A model generated the notes under the pieces. It was given only the letters and a program-made list of their open reading frames with translations. It was not told the origin of the DNA and did no database searches. From a bacterium (GTDB taxonomy: Bacteria > UBA8248), in NCBI GenBank assembly GCA_965199855.1, contig OZ241326.1, forward strand, positions 2,016,001 to 2,080,000: 64,000 bases of DNA, given 5' to 3'. Of this stretch, positions 36,823 to 47,010 are shown one piece after another; positions within the stretch are counted from its first letter, which is position 1, and each line of letters begins with the position of its first letter. The position numbers and the translations under genes are program-made.

Positions 36823-38544
36823 TCAGCGGGCGGGCGCCATGGCGCGAAGCGCCTCTCTCGCGCGCTTCGCCTTTTTCACGTCGCCCACTCTTTCGTAATG
36901 CGCCAGCAGGCGCTCGTGGGCCAGCCGGATAAACGGGTTGATCTGGACCACTTCCTCCCAAGCCTTGAGCGCGCGCTTCCACTTCCGGCCCGCTTCGCTC
37001 GCCATCGCCTGATGAACGTAGGTCATCGCGTAATCCGGGTCCACTTCCAGCGCCCTGCGAATATGCCGCTCGGCCTGCCGGACCATGCCGAGACGCAATT
37101 CGACCTGCGCCGCGCGGTTGAGCAGGGGCTGGGAGTACGGCTCGTCGCGCAGCGCGCGGCGATACTCTACCAAGGCCGCCCGCATTCTTCCGCGAAAGGA
37201 GAGCCTGTCGCCCAATCGCATCCGCCTTCTGGCCACCCCGCTCCTGAGCGCCGCCAAGTCCATCGTCCGCTCGCTCATCGGCCCCTTGGGCTTGAGCTTT
37301 GGCTGGGAAACCCGGGAGCCCGCGAACGCGCGAAGGGGCAGCCGCTTCAGGTCCTCTATCCAGAGCTTCTCGAACCCGCCCAGATCGACCCCGGCGATCA
37401 TCCGTAGCCCGGGCTCCGCGCTCTGGGGCGGCCCGGTAGCCTCCAGCTCGACGAGGCTCGCCCGCCTTTGGCGGCGCGCCCCGGTGCTCTCCTCCTCAAG
37501 TACCGGCTCGCCCCTTGATTCTCGCGTGGGAGATGCGTCGCGGATGCCCGCCAGCAGGCGAACGATGGCGCGCGCGCCCATTTTGCGGCGGATGAAGTCC
37601 ACCGCGGAGGCCGCTTCCGCGTATGCCAGCTGCATGTCCTGCGGCGTGTCGAGGTAGATGAGGCTTGGCTCCATCTTCCTGAACGCGATGTAGCGGTTCG
37701 TCTCTCTCGCCTTATACAGCAGCGCCTCCTCGCCCGGATGAAGATACGCCATTCCCTCGCCGCGCCATTTTTTCTCCAGATACTTGGCGATTCCCTCATG
37801 CAGCCAGATGGGCGCGCGATTCCTCGTAGCCCGCACGACGAGATAGTGAACGTATTCGTGCGCCGCCGTGTCGAGCCAGCGGTAGCCCCGCAGGAGCGCT
37901 CCGGGCGAGAGGAGCATCAGTTTGTTGAACTTGCAGACCCCTACCGCGCCTTTTTCCTCGATGTCGCGCCTTGACAGGGTGGAGGACTTGTGAAAGCGAT
38001 CCGAATCCGAAAAAAGCTCCACTCGAATCCGTCCTTCGGGCCGCACACCCAGTTCCTTCGCATACCGGGCGTAGGCTTTTTCCAGGGCGTCGCCCAGATA
38101 GGGAAGCAAAGCGGCATCTTCTCCCGGCTGATGCCAGATGTCGAAATGCTGTGTTGCGCGCACGGCGAACCCCTTGACCGCCGCTTGCGTCTGACGCACG
38201 TGAAGCCTGAGTTCGAGCCATTCACTGTCGCCCGGCCTCTGCTTAAGCGCCGCGTTGAGATTGGTGATCGCCTCGGGAAACCTTCCCGCCAGATAGTCGG
38301 CCGCCCCCGAGAGCGCCCGCCACTCGGCCAGCCCGGGAGATTCACGCCGAAGCGATTCGATTTTCTTCCTGGCTTCCGCCAGATTCCACGCCCGAAGTTC
38401 GTCCACCACCGCGCGGTATCCCTCCGGGCGCTCGACGGCGCGCGCCAGAGGCGCCGCACGATTGACGGTGTGCGCCCGCGCGAAAGAAGCGAGCGCCGGC
38501 ATGAGCAAAACACAGATGACGAGGCGCAAGAGTGCTTTTTTCAT
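36823..38544 (-). CDS. Exported TPR-containing peptidase MA-like (gluzincin) metalloprotein
   Basis: Signal peptide, HEYVH...WLHEGIA zinc motif, TPR-like helices at both ends. Confidence 0.8.
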   Translation of the reverse strand: MKKALLRLVICVLLMPALASFARAHTVNRAAPLARAVERPEGYRAVVDELRAWNLAEARKKIESLRRESPGLAEWRALSGAADYLAGRFPEAITNLNAALKQRPGDSEWLELRLHVRQTQAAVKGFAVRATQHFDIWHQPGEDAALLPYLGDALEKAYARYAKELGVRPEGRIRVELFSDSDRFHKSSTLSRRDIEEKGAVGVCKFNKLMLLSPGALLRGYRWLDTAAHEYVHYLVVRATRNRAPIWLHEGIAKYLEKKWRGEGMAYLHPGEEALLYKARETNRYIAFRKMEPSLIYLDTPQDMQLAYAEAASAVDFIRRKMGARAIVRLLAGIRDASPTRESRGEPVLEEESTGARRQRRASLVELEATGPPQSAEPGLRMIAGVDLGGFEKLWIEDLKRLPLRAFAGSRVSQPKLKPKGPMSERTMDLAALRSGVARRRMRLGDRLSFRGRMRAALVEYRRALRDEPYSQPLLNRAAQVELRLGMVRQAERHIRRALEVDPDYAMTYVHQAMASEAGRKWKRALKAWEEVVQINPFIRLAHERLLAHYERVGDVKKAKRAREALRAMAPAR

Positions 38545-41500
38545 TTGGTCAGCCTGTCAAAATAGTTTTCGATTTCGCCCCTCATCGCGCCGGGCAAGCC
38601 ATCCTTCATCGCCTCCATGATCTCTTCCCTGAACTTGGCCGGCACCTTGTATTGCTCCCTGTCGGGTATCAGCACCTCGCTGAACTGGGTGCCGAGGCTG
38701 CCGTCCTCGCGTCCATCCCGCCTGTCGAAGCCGCGCGGCTGGGGAAAATTCGGACTTCTGGACCACCAGGGCCTGCCCGCGCCCATGCCCGGACGCAGGA
38801 CGCCGAACCCTCTGGGCGTGCCCAACCCCACGCTGCCCCGCTGGGCCATCTGCCGCATGGCCTGCTGCATGGCGTTCTGCCCTTGGGCGAGTTTGCGTAT
38901 CGCCTCCTCCTCCTCAGGCGCCGCGCGCGAAGAGCTGCGCTTCTTAAGAAAAGCGGCGGCCTTTTCCATAGATCCTCCCGCCTCCGCGATTCTCCGCAGG
39001 ATGTCCGGATTGATGAACGGATAAATCTGCATCATCTGACGCAGTTGCTGCTCGAAAGTCCCCAATCTCTTGCGCAGAGACTCCTGCCGGAAGCGCAGGC
39101 CGTCGAGCTTGGCGATTTCCGTCCCCCCCGAGTGTTTTTCGGATTTCTCCAAAAGCCTCTCGAGGCTCCCGGCTATCTCCTTCCAAGGCGCGGACTCTCC
39201 CCCTTTCGGGGGCTTCGCAGTTTTTCGGGCGTCCGTGTCCCCCGCGCCATGAACGCAAGGCGACGCATCAAGGGCGGCCATCCACTCCGGCAACCTCTGG
39301 AATATAATTCCCCACTCCCCCCTCTTCAGGGTCGCGTCGAGTTCGGAGAGCGCCCTCATTCTCTCGCGCCGAACCTTGTCGGCGCGCGTTTCTGGAGACG
39401 GATCCTTCCCTGCGGCGGGGGATGGGCGCAGGGATTCTTCGGAGAGAGATACGGGGGATTCAGCCTTTTTCGCGGCTCCGGCCCCGGGCGGGCAGTCGGG
39501 CAGCGGCTTGCGGGCCTCCGCGCTGCTACGCTTCCAGGCCGCCTCGGCGCTTTTCGCCACGGCGGCCACCTCCGTCGGCCATTTTTTTCTGAGCCGGTCC
39601 ACCACGCCCTCCAGGATGCTCACCGTCTCGCCCAAGATGGCCTGTTGCTCCTCCACGATGGAGGCTAGCTCGCTTTGCCTGCGCCTGATGGGCGTCCCCC
39701 CACGCTGGCTCATCATCTGCTGTCGCTGTATGCCCCGCAACGCCATGCGCATTCTCTGAAGCTGGCTCATCAGGCGCCTCATCCGCTCCAGCGCGCCCTT
39801 GAAGTCGCCGCTACGCATCATCCGCCGAATATCGCTAAAGGAGCGCATCATGCTCCGCATGGGCATCTCCCTCATGCTGCGCTGGTTCATGAATTCGGCG
39901 GGCATCCGCTGGGCCAGCGAGGCCATCTGCCGCATCAGCCTGCCCAGTTCCTCCCGGAGTTTCTCCAGCTCCTTCTCGACGCGGCGAACCGCCTCTCTGT
40001 CCGCGCCCGAGCTCCGCATTTTCTCCAGAGCGCGCTCGATGGCCCTTTGCCTCCGGAGCATCGATTCCGTCGTGCGGCCCGCCCTGTCCACCCGCACGTT
40101 GCGCTGTATTTCCTCGCCCATCGTGGCGAGGCGCTCGAGGGTTTCGGTCGCCTTCTCTTGCCGGGCGGCCATTTCGCGAGTCAGCCGCTCTCTTTCCTCC
40201 TTCGCGCCCGCGCCCAGTTTCTCCAGCCGGGAAAGCGGCGCGAGATATTGCAAAATCGCATCCTTGAGTTGCCGCTCCAGGGTGAACAAATCCATGTCGG
40301 AGAGCGTCTCGCGCCGATTTTGGGGCTTGAGCGTCGCGCGCGCGCGCTTGATTCGCTCCAGAATCCGGCTGGCTTTCTCCGCCATGGAGGCGCCTTTTCG
40401 GGCCTTCCTGCCGGGCCGCTTCGCCCCCTTTTCGGGTTCGGGCGGCAGATCCTTTTCCAGATAATCGCCCAGAAGGTCGAGGAGTTCATTGGAAATTTCG
40501 CCCAGGCTCCTGTCCAGTCCGGCCATCACGGCTTCTCGGTCGCGTATGCGAATCCGGTAGGTTTTGCTCGTCCCGACCTTGGGGCCGCTCACCGTATCCA
40601 CATCCCGGGCGAGGAAGCGGTAGGAAAGAACGCCTCCCGGCCGAACCCCCATGGTCCCGAGCTCGAATTCGTAGCGCCCGGCGACGCTTTTGCGGGGCGC
40701 CTCGCCGCCCCACATCTTGATTCTCCTCGCGCGGCGTCCATCGAGCCTGACTTCCAGATAGACGCTTTTCAGCCCGAAGTCATCAGAGGCCCGATACGTC
40801 ACGGGAACGCGCTCATCGGCTTCCACCGTAAGGTCCTTGGCAGGCTCCCTCACCAGAACTTCGGGATGGGAGTCGGGGATGACGTCGATGCGATAGCGCC
40901 TCGGCGCGAGATTTGAAAATCCGTGCGCGTCCTTCAGGCGAACCTGATAGGAGCCCGCGCCGCCCAGGATCATCCTGCCCTCCAGCGAGTCGTCCTCCGC
41001 GGGCTTCAGCGGCAGCCGCCAGCCGTCGGCCAAGGAGATGAGCGCCTCCCGAATCGGCTTGTTCGTCCTGATCGCCAGCCGAACCTCGGAACCCATGTAG
41101 GCGCGAATATGGCCGCCATTCTCCCCCCGGGCGGGATCGAGATGCGTATGCTCCGGGGGATATTGCATCACTTCGATGGATTCCACCCTGGGCGGCGCGG
41201 CTACGCGAATCTCCAGCGTCGGCGAGCGAAACCCGCCCGCGCGCGCCGTGATTCGCGCATCCATCCCGCCCCCCGGCCAGCGCCCGCGAAAATGGCGGGC
41301 GGCCACTTTTTCCATCTCGATGGTTGATTCGGGCGCGGAGCCCTGCCGAACCTCCAGCGCCACGGAATCCGCCTCGCGTCCTCTTGTATTCACGTCGAAC
41401 GTCACAGGCATTCCGGGCAAAACCGTCGTCCGGCTCGCCTGAATCGTCAGATGCGTGACTCGGGAAGGCATGAGAGCCGCCGCATTCGCCAGCAGATAGC

Positions 41501-42041
41501 CCGCGCGAGGATAAAGACCCGGCCAGATGAAGGCAATGAGAATCACGGCAATCGCCAGAGCGCCGGCGAGCCGCCCGAACCTCTGAAAACCGGCGTCCGA
41601 GACATACGCATCCGGATCGAGCGCCTCCACCCCCCGGCTGGTGTCGTTCACCAGCGCGTCGATGAGCGCGGGCGAGGTGGGGTCGTCGTCGCCGAGCTCT
41701 CCCTTGCGCGGAAACAGCTGGAGAGAGCTGATGAGGTTGCTGCCCAGGTCCGGATGCGTCTCCTCGATGTCGAGCGCCACCCTTTGCCGCTTCGGACGGC
41801 AGGTGATGAGCCGCCAGGAGCGGACGAACGCGAGACCCACCAGGAGAACCGTCAGCCCGGCGTAGATGACGGCGGAATAACCAAAACTGGATTGCGAGAC
41901 GACCGCCGCCGGAGCGAGCAGTAACGCGGAGAGCAGACCCAGGAGGATGATCATTCCCGCCTCCAGACGCCTGACCTTGAGGCGGGCGCGAATCACGGAA
42001 TCGAGAAACTCGTTTATCTTCCTGAAGGATTGCTCGGCCAT
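38541..42041 (-). CDS. Large membrane-anchored coiled-coil protein (DUF4175-like)
   Basis: N-terminal TMs, Ig-like beta region (ASDDFGL), long Met/Gln/Arg-rich coiled coil, C-terminal IENYFDRL. Confidence 0.7.
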   Translation of the reverse strand: MAEQSFRKINEFLDSVIRARLKVRRLEAGMIILLGLLSALLLAPAAVVSQSSFGYSAVIYAGLTVLLVGLAFVRSWRLITCRPKRQRVALDIEETHPDLGSNLISSLQLFPRKGELGDDDPTSPALIDALVNDTSRGVEALDPDAYVSDAGFQRFGRLAGALAIAVILIAFIWPGLYPRAGYLLANAAALMPSRVTHLTIQASRTTVLPGMPVTFDVNTRGREADSVALEVRQGSAPESTIEMEKVAARHFRGRWPGGGMDARITARAGGFRSPTLEIRVAAPPRVESIEVMQYPPEHTHLDPARGENGGHIRAYMGSEVRLAIRTNKPIREALISLADGWRLPLKPAEDDSLEGRMILGGAGSYQVRLKDAHGFSNLAPRRYRIDVIPDSHPEVLVREPAKDLTVEADERVPVTYRASDDFGLKSVYLEVRLDGRRARRIKMWGGEAPRKSVAGRYEFELGTMGVRPGGVLSYRFLARDVDTVSGPKVGTSKTYRIRIRDREAVMAGLDRSLGEISNELLDLLGDYLEKDLPPEPEKGAKRPGRKARKGASMAEKASRILERIKRARATLKPQNRRETLSDMDLFTLERQLKDAILQYLAPLSRLEKLGAGAKEERERLTREMAARQEKATETLERLATMGEEIQRNVRVDRAGRTTESMLRRQRAIERALEKMRSSGADREAVRRVEKELEKLREELGRLMRQMASLAQRMPAEFMNQRSMREMPMRSMMRSFSDIRRMMRSGDFKGALERMRRLMSQLQRMRMALRGIQRQQMMSQRGGTPIRRRQSELASIVEEQQAILGETVSILEGVVDRLRKKWPTEVAAVAKSAEAAWKRSSAEARKPLPDCPPGAGAAKKAESPVSLSEESLRPSPAAGKDPSPETRADKVRRERMRALSELDATLKRGEWGIIFQRLPEWMAALDASPCVHGAGDTDARKTAKPPKGGESAPWKEIAGSLERLLEKSEKHSGGTEIAKLDGLRFRQESLRKRLGTFEQQLRQMMQIYPFINPDILRRIAEAGGSMEKAAAFLKKRSSSRAAPEEEEAIRKLAQGQNAMQQAMRQMAQRGSVGLGTPRGFGVLRPGMGAGRPWWSRSPNFPQPRGFDRRDGREDGSLGTQFSEVLIPDREQYKVPAKFREEIMEAMKDGLPGAMRGEIENYFDRLTK

Positions 42042-42139
42042 CTCCCGGCTCCTCCGCGAACGAGCGCCGATGCGCCGCTTATTCTATCACTTGGCGCGCG
42101 CGTGGGGCATCAGCGAAAACCGGACGCGGGTCCAGTGCG

Positions 42140-44491
42140 CTACGCCAGCCCCCACAGCCGTCTTATCGTCCATTCCGCGCCCGGCAGCAGAATGAGAAAC
42201 ATGCCTATCCAAGGGATGCTCCAGAGTCTCACGTCCCGCACTTCGATCACTTTGTGCGGCACCCTGCCCTTCAGAGCCTCCAGGACGCGGGCGGCCAAAT
42301 CCTCGTTTCCCGCCGCGTCCGCCCGGAAAAACAGCCCTTCCGTGCGCTTCGCCAGGGTTTTGAGGTTCTCCCACTGTGGGCTTACGTCGGCCCACTCCGC
42401 CCGACCCGCCTCGCGCCCGATGCCAATCGTCCTCACCGCCTCGCCGATGATCCGGCCGCCCTGCGCGGCCACCATCTTCGCTCGATAGCTGCCGTTGCCC
42501 CGGGGGCGAAAGCGAACTTCGAATTCCCGGGAATCGGGACGATACGCCGCGCGATGCCGGTTGGTGACGCCGTAGGGATCACGCAGTTCGACCTGCACCC
42601 GCGCGCCCTGGGCGGGCTGATAGGATTCGTCCCTCACCCTCATGCGGAGAACATAGACGCCGTCCCCGGCCCGTTCCGCCTCGGGGAGAATCTGCGCCTG
42701 CGAACTGCCCGGGTCGCCCGAGAGCCACCGAATCATCTGCGCGACCAGACGGATGTAGAGACGATTCGTCCTCTCCGCCGCCACCATTCCGAAATTCCAC
42801 CGCCAGATGTCGTCCGAGAAGACGGAGACCACCCTGCCCTCGCCGACGCGCTTCGCGGCGATGAGAGGAACGCCGCCGTCTTTCGTCGAAACGAGAATCT
42901 GCCCGTCTCCCAACGGCGTCGTCGCGTTCACGCGCCGCAAAGGCGGAAAAGACGTCCAGAGTTTTTCGTTTTCAGTCGCATCGGATGAAAGTCGCGTGAC
43001 GGGGTGTCTGCCGCCTGCCGAAGTGAGCTGAAAGCGCAGGCTCCCGCGATCCTGGTAGTCATTCTCCTGCTGTAGGCGCACGGGAAGAAGCCCCTCGATC
43101 GGGCTGCGGTAATAGCCGCCCGCGCTGAAGGACTGCCTGCCGCCGAACATGAGCAGCGCCCCGCCCTTGCGGACGTAATCCCCCACGCGCTCCAGGTAGA
43201 AGTTGCTGAAATACTCCTGGGCGGAAAAATTGTCGAAAACCACGATCTCGAAGTTCTTGAGCTCTTCCAGGAACAGTTTGTCCACCGGAAACGGCACGAG
43301 GCTCAGGTTTCGGGTCGAAACCCCGGGGTCGTCCTCGGAAGTCCGCAGAAAGACAAACGACACGAGGTCAATGGCGGGGTCCCGCTTCAACGCCATGCGC
43401 AAAAAGCGATAATTCCACGTGGGAGAGCCTGAAATCGTCAGAACCCGAATTTTGTCCCGCCGGACTTCCAGGGGAATTTCAACGCGATTGTTCGATTCCA
43501 CGATCTCGCCGCGCTGAGCGGGGGTCACCACGCGCAGAACCTGGCTTCCCACTTCATCCGGCGTGAAGCGAAACTGGACGAGGCGGCGCAGAGGGCTGCG
43601 TCTCACGTCTATCGACTGGGTTCTGATGACGCGCCCGTCCCGCGTGAGGGCGACCGGCAGCCGACGACCCGAGAACCCCTTTACCGACAGCAGGACCTCC
43701 AGGCGCGCCTCCTTGCCCTGAAAGGCGATGCGCGGAGCCTGCACGTCCTGAATGGCGATGTCCCGAAAAGAATCGGGCGCGCCGAATCCTACCCCGATGA
43801 GGGGCGGAAAGGATTTCACGTCGGCGGACGGCAGACGAGCGCCGGTCGTGTCGCCCCCGTCCGAGAGCATCAGAATACCCAAAGGGGCGTCCCGGACATC
43901 CCGCCCGCCCTGCCCCGCGGGGGCGGAGCGCGCGTCCTGAACGTTCTCCAGGGCGCTCCGGATGGCGCCGAGCGGATCACTGCCCGGCCCCTCGGCCTCA
44001 AGGCTTTTCAGCTCGTCCGTTCCGATGGGGGTTCCGCGCGCGTCGTAGCGGGCGAGCTGCACGTCGTAGAGATTTCTCAGGCGAGCGAGCAGGCTGGCGG
44101 ACGCCTCACCCTTCTCGCCTCTCACTTCGGGCCGCGCTCCTCCGGCGTCCCCGGTCGCCAGCAGGAAATCCCTGGCGAGAGCGATGCGCATCTTCTTCTC
44201 GTTCGCGTCCTGGACGCTCATGCTCGCCGAAGCGTCAATGAGAACGAGCAGCTTCGGCGGCAGGGAGCGCTCGCGCCTGTCGATGAGCGTGGGGCCCGAG
44301 AGGAAAAAAACGATCAGGGCATACAGCGCGCCCCGGAGCCCCTGAAGAAGCCAGACGCGCCCGGGCGAGAGCTTTTCCCTCAAATCGCGGTGTCGGCGAA
44401 TCAGCGTCCAGCCCAGCCCGGCGGAGACCACCAGAAGCGCCCACCAGGGCGCCCCGCCCGGCCAATGCAGGGTGGACCAGTCCATCGTCAT
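42140..44491 (-). CDS. Membrane protein with vWA and glutamine-amidotransferase-like domains
   Basis: N-terminal TMs, DASASMS MIDAS, LSDG, YVRKGGALLMFGG, C-terminal EWTIRRLWGL; ATGA overlap with the upstream gene. Confidence 0.78.
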   Translation of the reverse strand: MTMDWSTLHWPGGAPWWALLVVSAGLGWTLIRRHRDLREKLSPGRVWLLQGLRGALYALIVFFLSGPTLIDRRERSLPPKLLVLIDASASMSVQDANEKKMRIALARDFLLATGDAGGARPEVRGEKGEASASLLARLRNLYDVQLARYDARGTPIGTDELKSLEAEGPGSDPLGAIRSALENVQDARSAPAGQGGRDVRDAPLGILMLSDGGDTTGARLPSADVKSFPPLIGVGFGAPDSFRDIAIQDVQAPRIAFQGKEARLEVLLSVKGFSGRRLPVALTRDGRVIRTQSIDVRRSPLRRLVQFRFTPDEVGSQVLRVVTPAQRGEIVESNNRVEIPLEVRRDKIRVLTISGSPTWNYRFLRMALKRDPAIDLVSFVFLRTSEDDPGVSTRNLSLVPFPVDKLFLEELKNFEIVVFDNFSAQEYFSNFYLERVGDYVRKGGALLMFGGRQSFSAGGYYRSPIEGLLPVRLQQENDYQDRGSLRFQLTSAGGRHPVTRLSSDATENEKLWTSFPPLRRVNATTPLGDGQILVSTKDGGVPLIAAKRVGEGRVVSVFSDDIWRWNFGMVAAERTNRLYIRLVAQMIRWLSGDPGSSQAQILPEAERAGDGVYVLRMRVRDESYQPAQGARVQVELRDPYGVTNRHRAAYRPDSREFEVRFRPRGNGSYRAKMVAAQGGRIIGEAVRTIGIGREAGRAEWADVSPQWENLKTLAKRTEGLFFRADAAGNEDLAARVLEALKGRVPHKVIEVRDVRLWSIPWIGMFLILLPGAEWTIRRLWGLA

Positions 44492-45306
44492 CCCTGGTTC
44501 AGCCTGCGCTGGATGAAGGGGTGGTGGATGAGATCCTGCTTGTAGTTTCCCGTCATCGCGTAGAGGGCGATGTTCACCGCCAGCTGAAACGCCGCAAGGC
44601 GCTGGGGCTCGCCGCCCGGCGCGCATTCTTCGAGCCAGCCGCCGTCGGGAGCCCTCGCCCACGCGCCGCCCAGGTCGTTTCGGCAGAAGACGACGGGCGT
44701 GAATATCCCGACTTGGATGCCCAGCAAATCCTGGCTGACGGCCTGGCGTCCCCCCAGGGTGCGAATCAGGTAATAGCTGCGAAAAATGGCGTGATCGCGC
44801 GGCAGCGGCTCGAAGGAGTTTCTGGGAAATATCAGGCGCATGAGCCTCTTGACGGCCCCGCCGAACGCTTCGTCCTCAAGCCCCAGGCCGTCGTCGATGA
44901 GCAGGAAGCCGCCGTAGGTGAGGTGGCGTCTCAAATTCTCGATCGTCCCCGAATCGGGCATCTCGAATTCGTAGCGCCCCGCCATGTAGAGAAAAGGATG
45001 CTCGAAAATTTCCGGTGAAGAAATCTCCACCGGCTTCGCATCTCCCGCGGTTTCGATGCTCGTGCGCTTTTTCACCTCATCAAGGAAAGAGGGCATGGCC
45101 GTGGGATATTCCCGCCAGCGTCCGCCCGCGTAGCGCAACTGCGCCGGCGTGAAGTCCGGCTCATGCAGCACTTCTTCGGAACCCGAGAACAGCCGCTCGC
45201 CGCTGAATTGCGCCCCGGCCCGCGCGGGAGCGCCCAGCAACGCGGCCGCGCCCATCGCCGCGCGCGCGATGAACGCGCGCCTGCTGATTTCAAGGAACGT
45301 TGACAT
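44488..45306 (-). CDS. DUF4159 domain protein with Tat signal
   Basis: SRRAFI twin-arginine signal; HPFLYMAG, GGFLLIDD, NDLGGAW, NIALYAMTGNYKQD. Confidence 0.8.
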   Translation of the reverse strand: MSTFLEISRRAFIARAAMGAAALLGAPARAGAQFSGERLFSGSEEVLHEPDFTPAQLRYAGGRWREYPTAMPSFLDEVKKRTSIETAGDAKPVEISSPEIFEHPFLYMAGRYEFEMPDSGTIENLRRHLTYGGFLLIDDGLGLEDEAFGGAVKRLMRLIFPRNSFEPLPRDHAIFRSYYLIRTLGGRQAVSQDLLGIQVGIFTPVVFCRNDLGGAWARAPDGGWLEECAPGGEPQRLAAFQLAVNIALYAMTGNYKQDLIHHPFIQRRLNQG

Positions 45307-46177
45307 CCGGCAGCACCACGTAGGTCGTCGGCGGCGGCAGTCTCCTGCGCGTCATCGCCAGATCCGGCTTCGCGGGACGGAGCACCCTGGTGATTCCCTC
45401 CTTCTTCAGCGCCTCGGCGAACTGTCCGGGCAATTCGGGACCGAAGTAGTGCATCGGGATCACGATGTTGGGCCCGATACGCTTGACGATTTTGGCCGCC
45501 ACCTCGTGAGGCACCGTGAACGAGCCGTCTATCGGCAGGAGAAGCACGTGAATCTTCCCCAGCGCCTGAATCTGCCCGGGCGAGGGGCCGAAGCGCGCGT
45601 TTCCGAAATGCGCGACGCAAATGCCGCCCGCCTGAAAAACATAAATGGTGTTGAGGACGATGGAGAATTTCCCGCTTCCGTCCACTTGGGGGAAAGACGC
45701 GATTCTCAGGTTTCCGAACGTCCTGTCAATGGGGTTGGCCTTCCCTTCATTCGTCACGCCGAAAAAGATTTCCGATTTTCCATCGTAGGGCCCGGTGATG
45801 GAGTGCGTCTCGTGGAAATTGCTGACGGTGATGGCCTCGGGCGGCGGATTGAGAACGGGGACGACGTAAGGATCCATCACGGCGCGCCCGCCGCCGGGGG
45901 CGCTTATCAGAAAGCTCGAATGCCCCAGAAACCTCAGCCGCACTGCTTTTGGCTTCTGGACGTCCGCCCCGCGGCCCTTCATCGACGCGGGGATGAAGCG
46001 CCCGTCCAGACGGACGATGCCGGGCTTGCAGATGCCGCCGGCCGCCCAGAGGAGGCTCGAGGAGAACAAAATCAGAAAGGAGGCGAAAAAGCCCAGAAAA
46101 AATACCTTCTTTGCGGAAAAGCGGCTTCTTTCGCGCGAGGATGCCGCGCGCTTCTCGAAAGCGGCCTTCAATTGCAT
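45290..46177 (-). CDS. MBL-fold metallo-hydrolase (UlaG-like), exported or membrane-anchored
   Basis: FLGHSSFLI, DPY, degenerate SNFHETH, HFGN, IPMHY; GAGG RBS. Confidence 0.75.
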   Translation of the reverse strand: MQLKAAFEKRAASSRERSRFSAKKVFFLGFFASFLILFSSSLLWAAGGICKPGIVRLDGRFIPASMKGRGADVQKPKAVRLRFLGHSSFLISAPGGGRAVMDPYVVPVLNPPPEAITVSNFHETHSITGPYDGKSEIFFGVTNEGKANPIDRTFGNLRIASFPQVDGSGKFSIVLNTIYVFQAGGICVAHFGNARFGPSPGQIQALGKIHVLLLPIDGSFTVPHEVAAKIVKRIGPNIVIPMHYFGPELPGQFAEALKKEGITRVLRPAKPDLAMTRRRLPPPTTYVVLPDVNVP

Positions 46178-46298
46178 ATTCCTCATGGCGGCACCATGAA
46201 TGAATAGAATAGGGGCGCATTCTACATTTTTTTCGCCCCCTCGCATAGCCCCCGATTTCATGCCGAAGCGGGGTCGGCGCGGCGACGCCCGCCTTTTC

Positions 46299-46838
46299 TC
46301 ACCCGCCCGGCGCGTCCCCCCGAAAACTCTCGCGCCATGGGGAGAGCCACATCGCCCCGCACAGGAGGCACGCCTTGAGCGCGTCCGTGACGAGATAGGC
46401 GCCATGATAGCGTCCGAATTCACGTTTTCCGGCCGCCCCGACTCCCGGAATTCCGGCCTCCGCCAAGGCTTTTCCGAGCGCGTCCATCTTCGGAAGAAGC
46501 CAGAAGGCGTGCGCGCATACGACGAGAAACAGGGAGCAAGCGACGATGAGCGGCAGGCCGCCCAACCGCCCCGTTCGCCAGATGAGGAAGAGGAGCAAAA
46601 CGCCAAGGCCGAGCTGCAGGCGGTTCCAGGCGCGGAAAATCCGGCCGTTCACCTCTCTCGCGGCCAAGCGTCCCTTCATCTTCACCGAGGAGGCGGGGGC
46701 GAAGAGCTTCGCCGCCGCCGGATTCTTAGCGGCGTTGAAGGCATCGAACGAACTCGTCGCCGCCCACCATACGCCCAGGGTGAGAGCGAGCCAGGCTGCG
46801 AGAAGGCCGAAGAGGGCGAAGCGCGTCAGAGCGTTCAA
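46299..46838 (-). CDS. DUF4149/TMEM205-like membrane protein
   Basis: Four hydrophobic segments, FGRYHG motif; GAGAGG RBS before TTG. Confidence 0.6.
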   Translation of the reverse strand: MNALTRFALFGLLAAWLALTLGVWWAATSSFDAFNAAKNPAAAKLFAPASSVKMKGRLAAREVNGRIFRAWNRLQLGLGVLLLFLIWRTGRLGGLPLIVACSLFLVVCAHAFWLLPKMDALGKALAEAGIPGVGAAGKREFGRYHGAYLVTDALKACLLCGAMWLSPWRESFRGDAPGG

Positions 46839-47010
46839 AAACGGATTCCTCTCATGGCGAGACGGCGTTCGGCGATGCGAAACCGCCCGCAATCTACCCG
46901 ACAGACGCAACGCCTCACAACCCCCTGCCCCGGGAAGCGTCGCTGGACAGCGCGCGCCTCGAACGGGTAGAATGGTTTCCCTTGCCATTGCAATTCGCAG
47001 GAGCCTTTCG

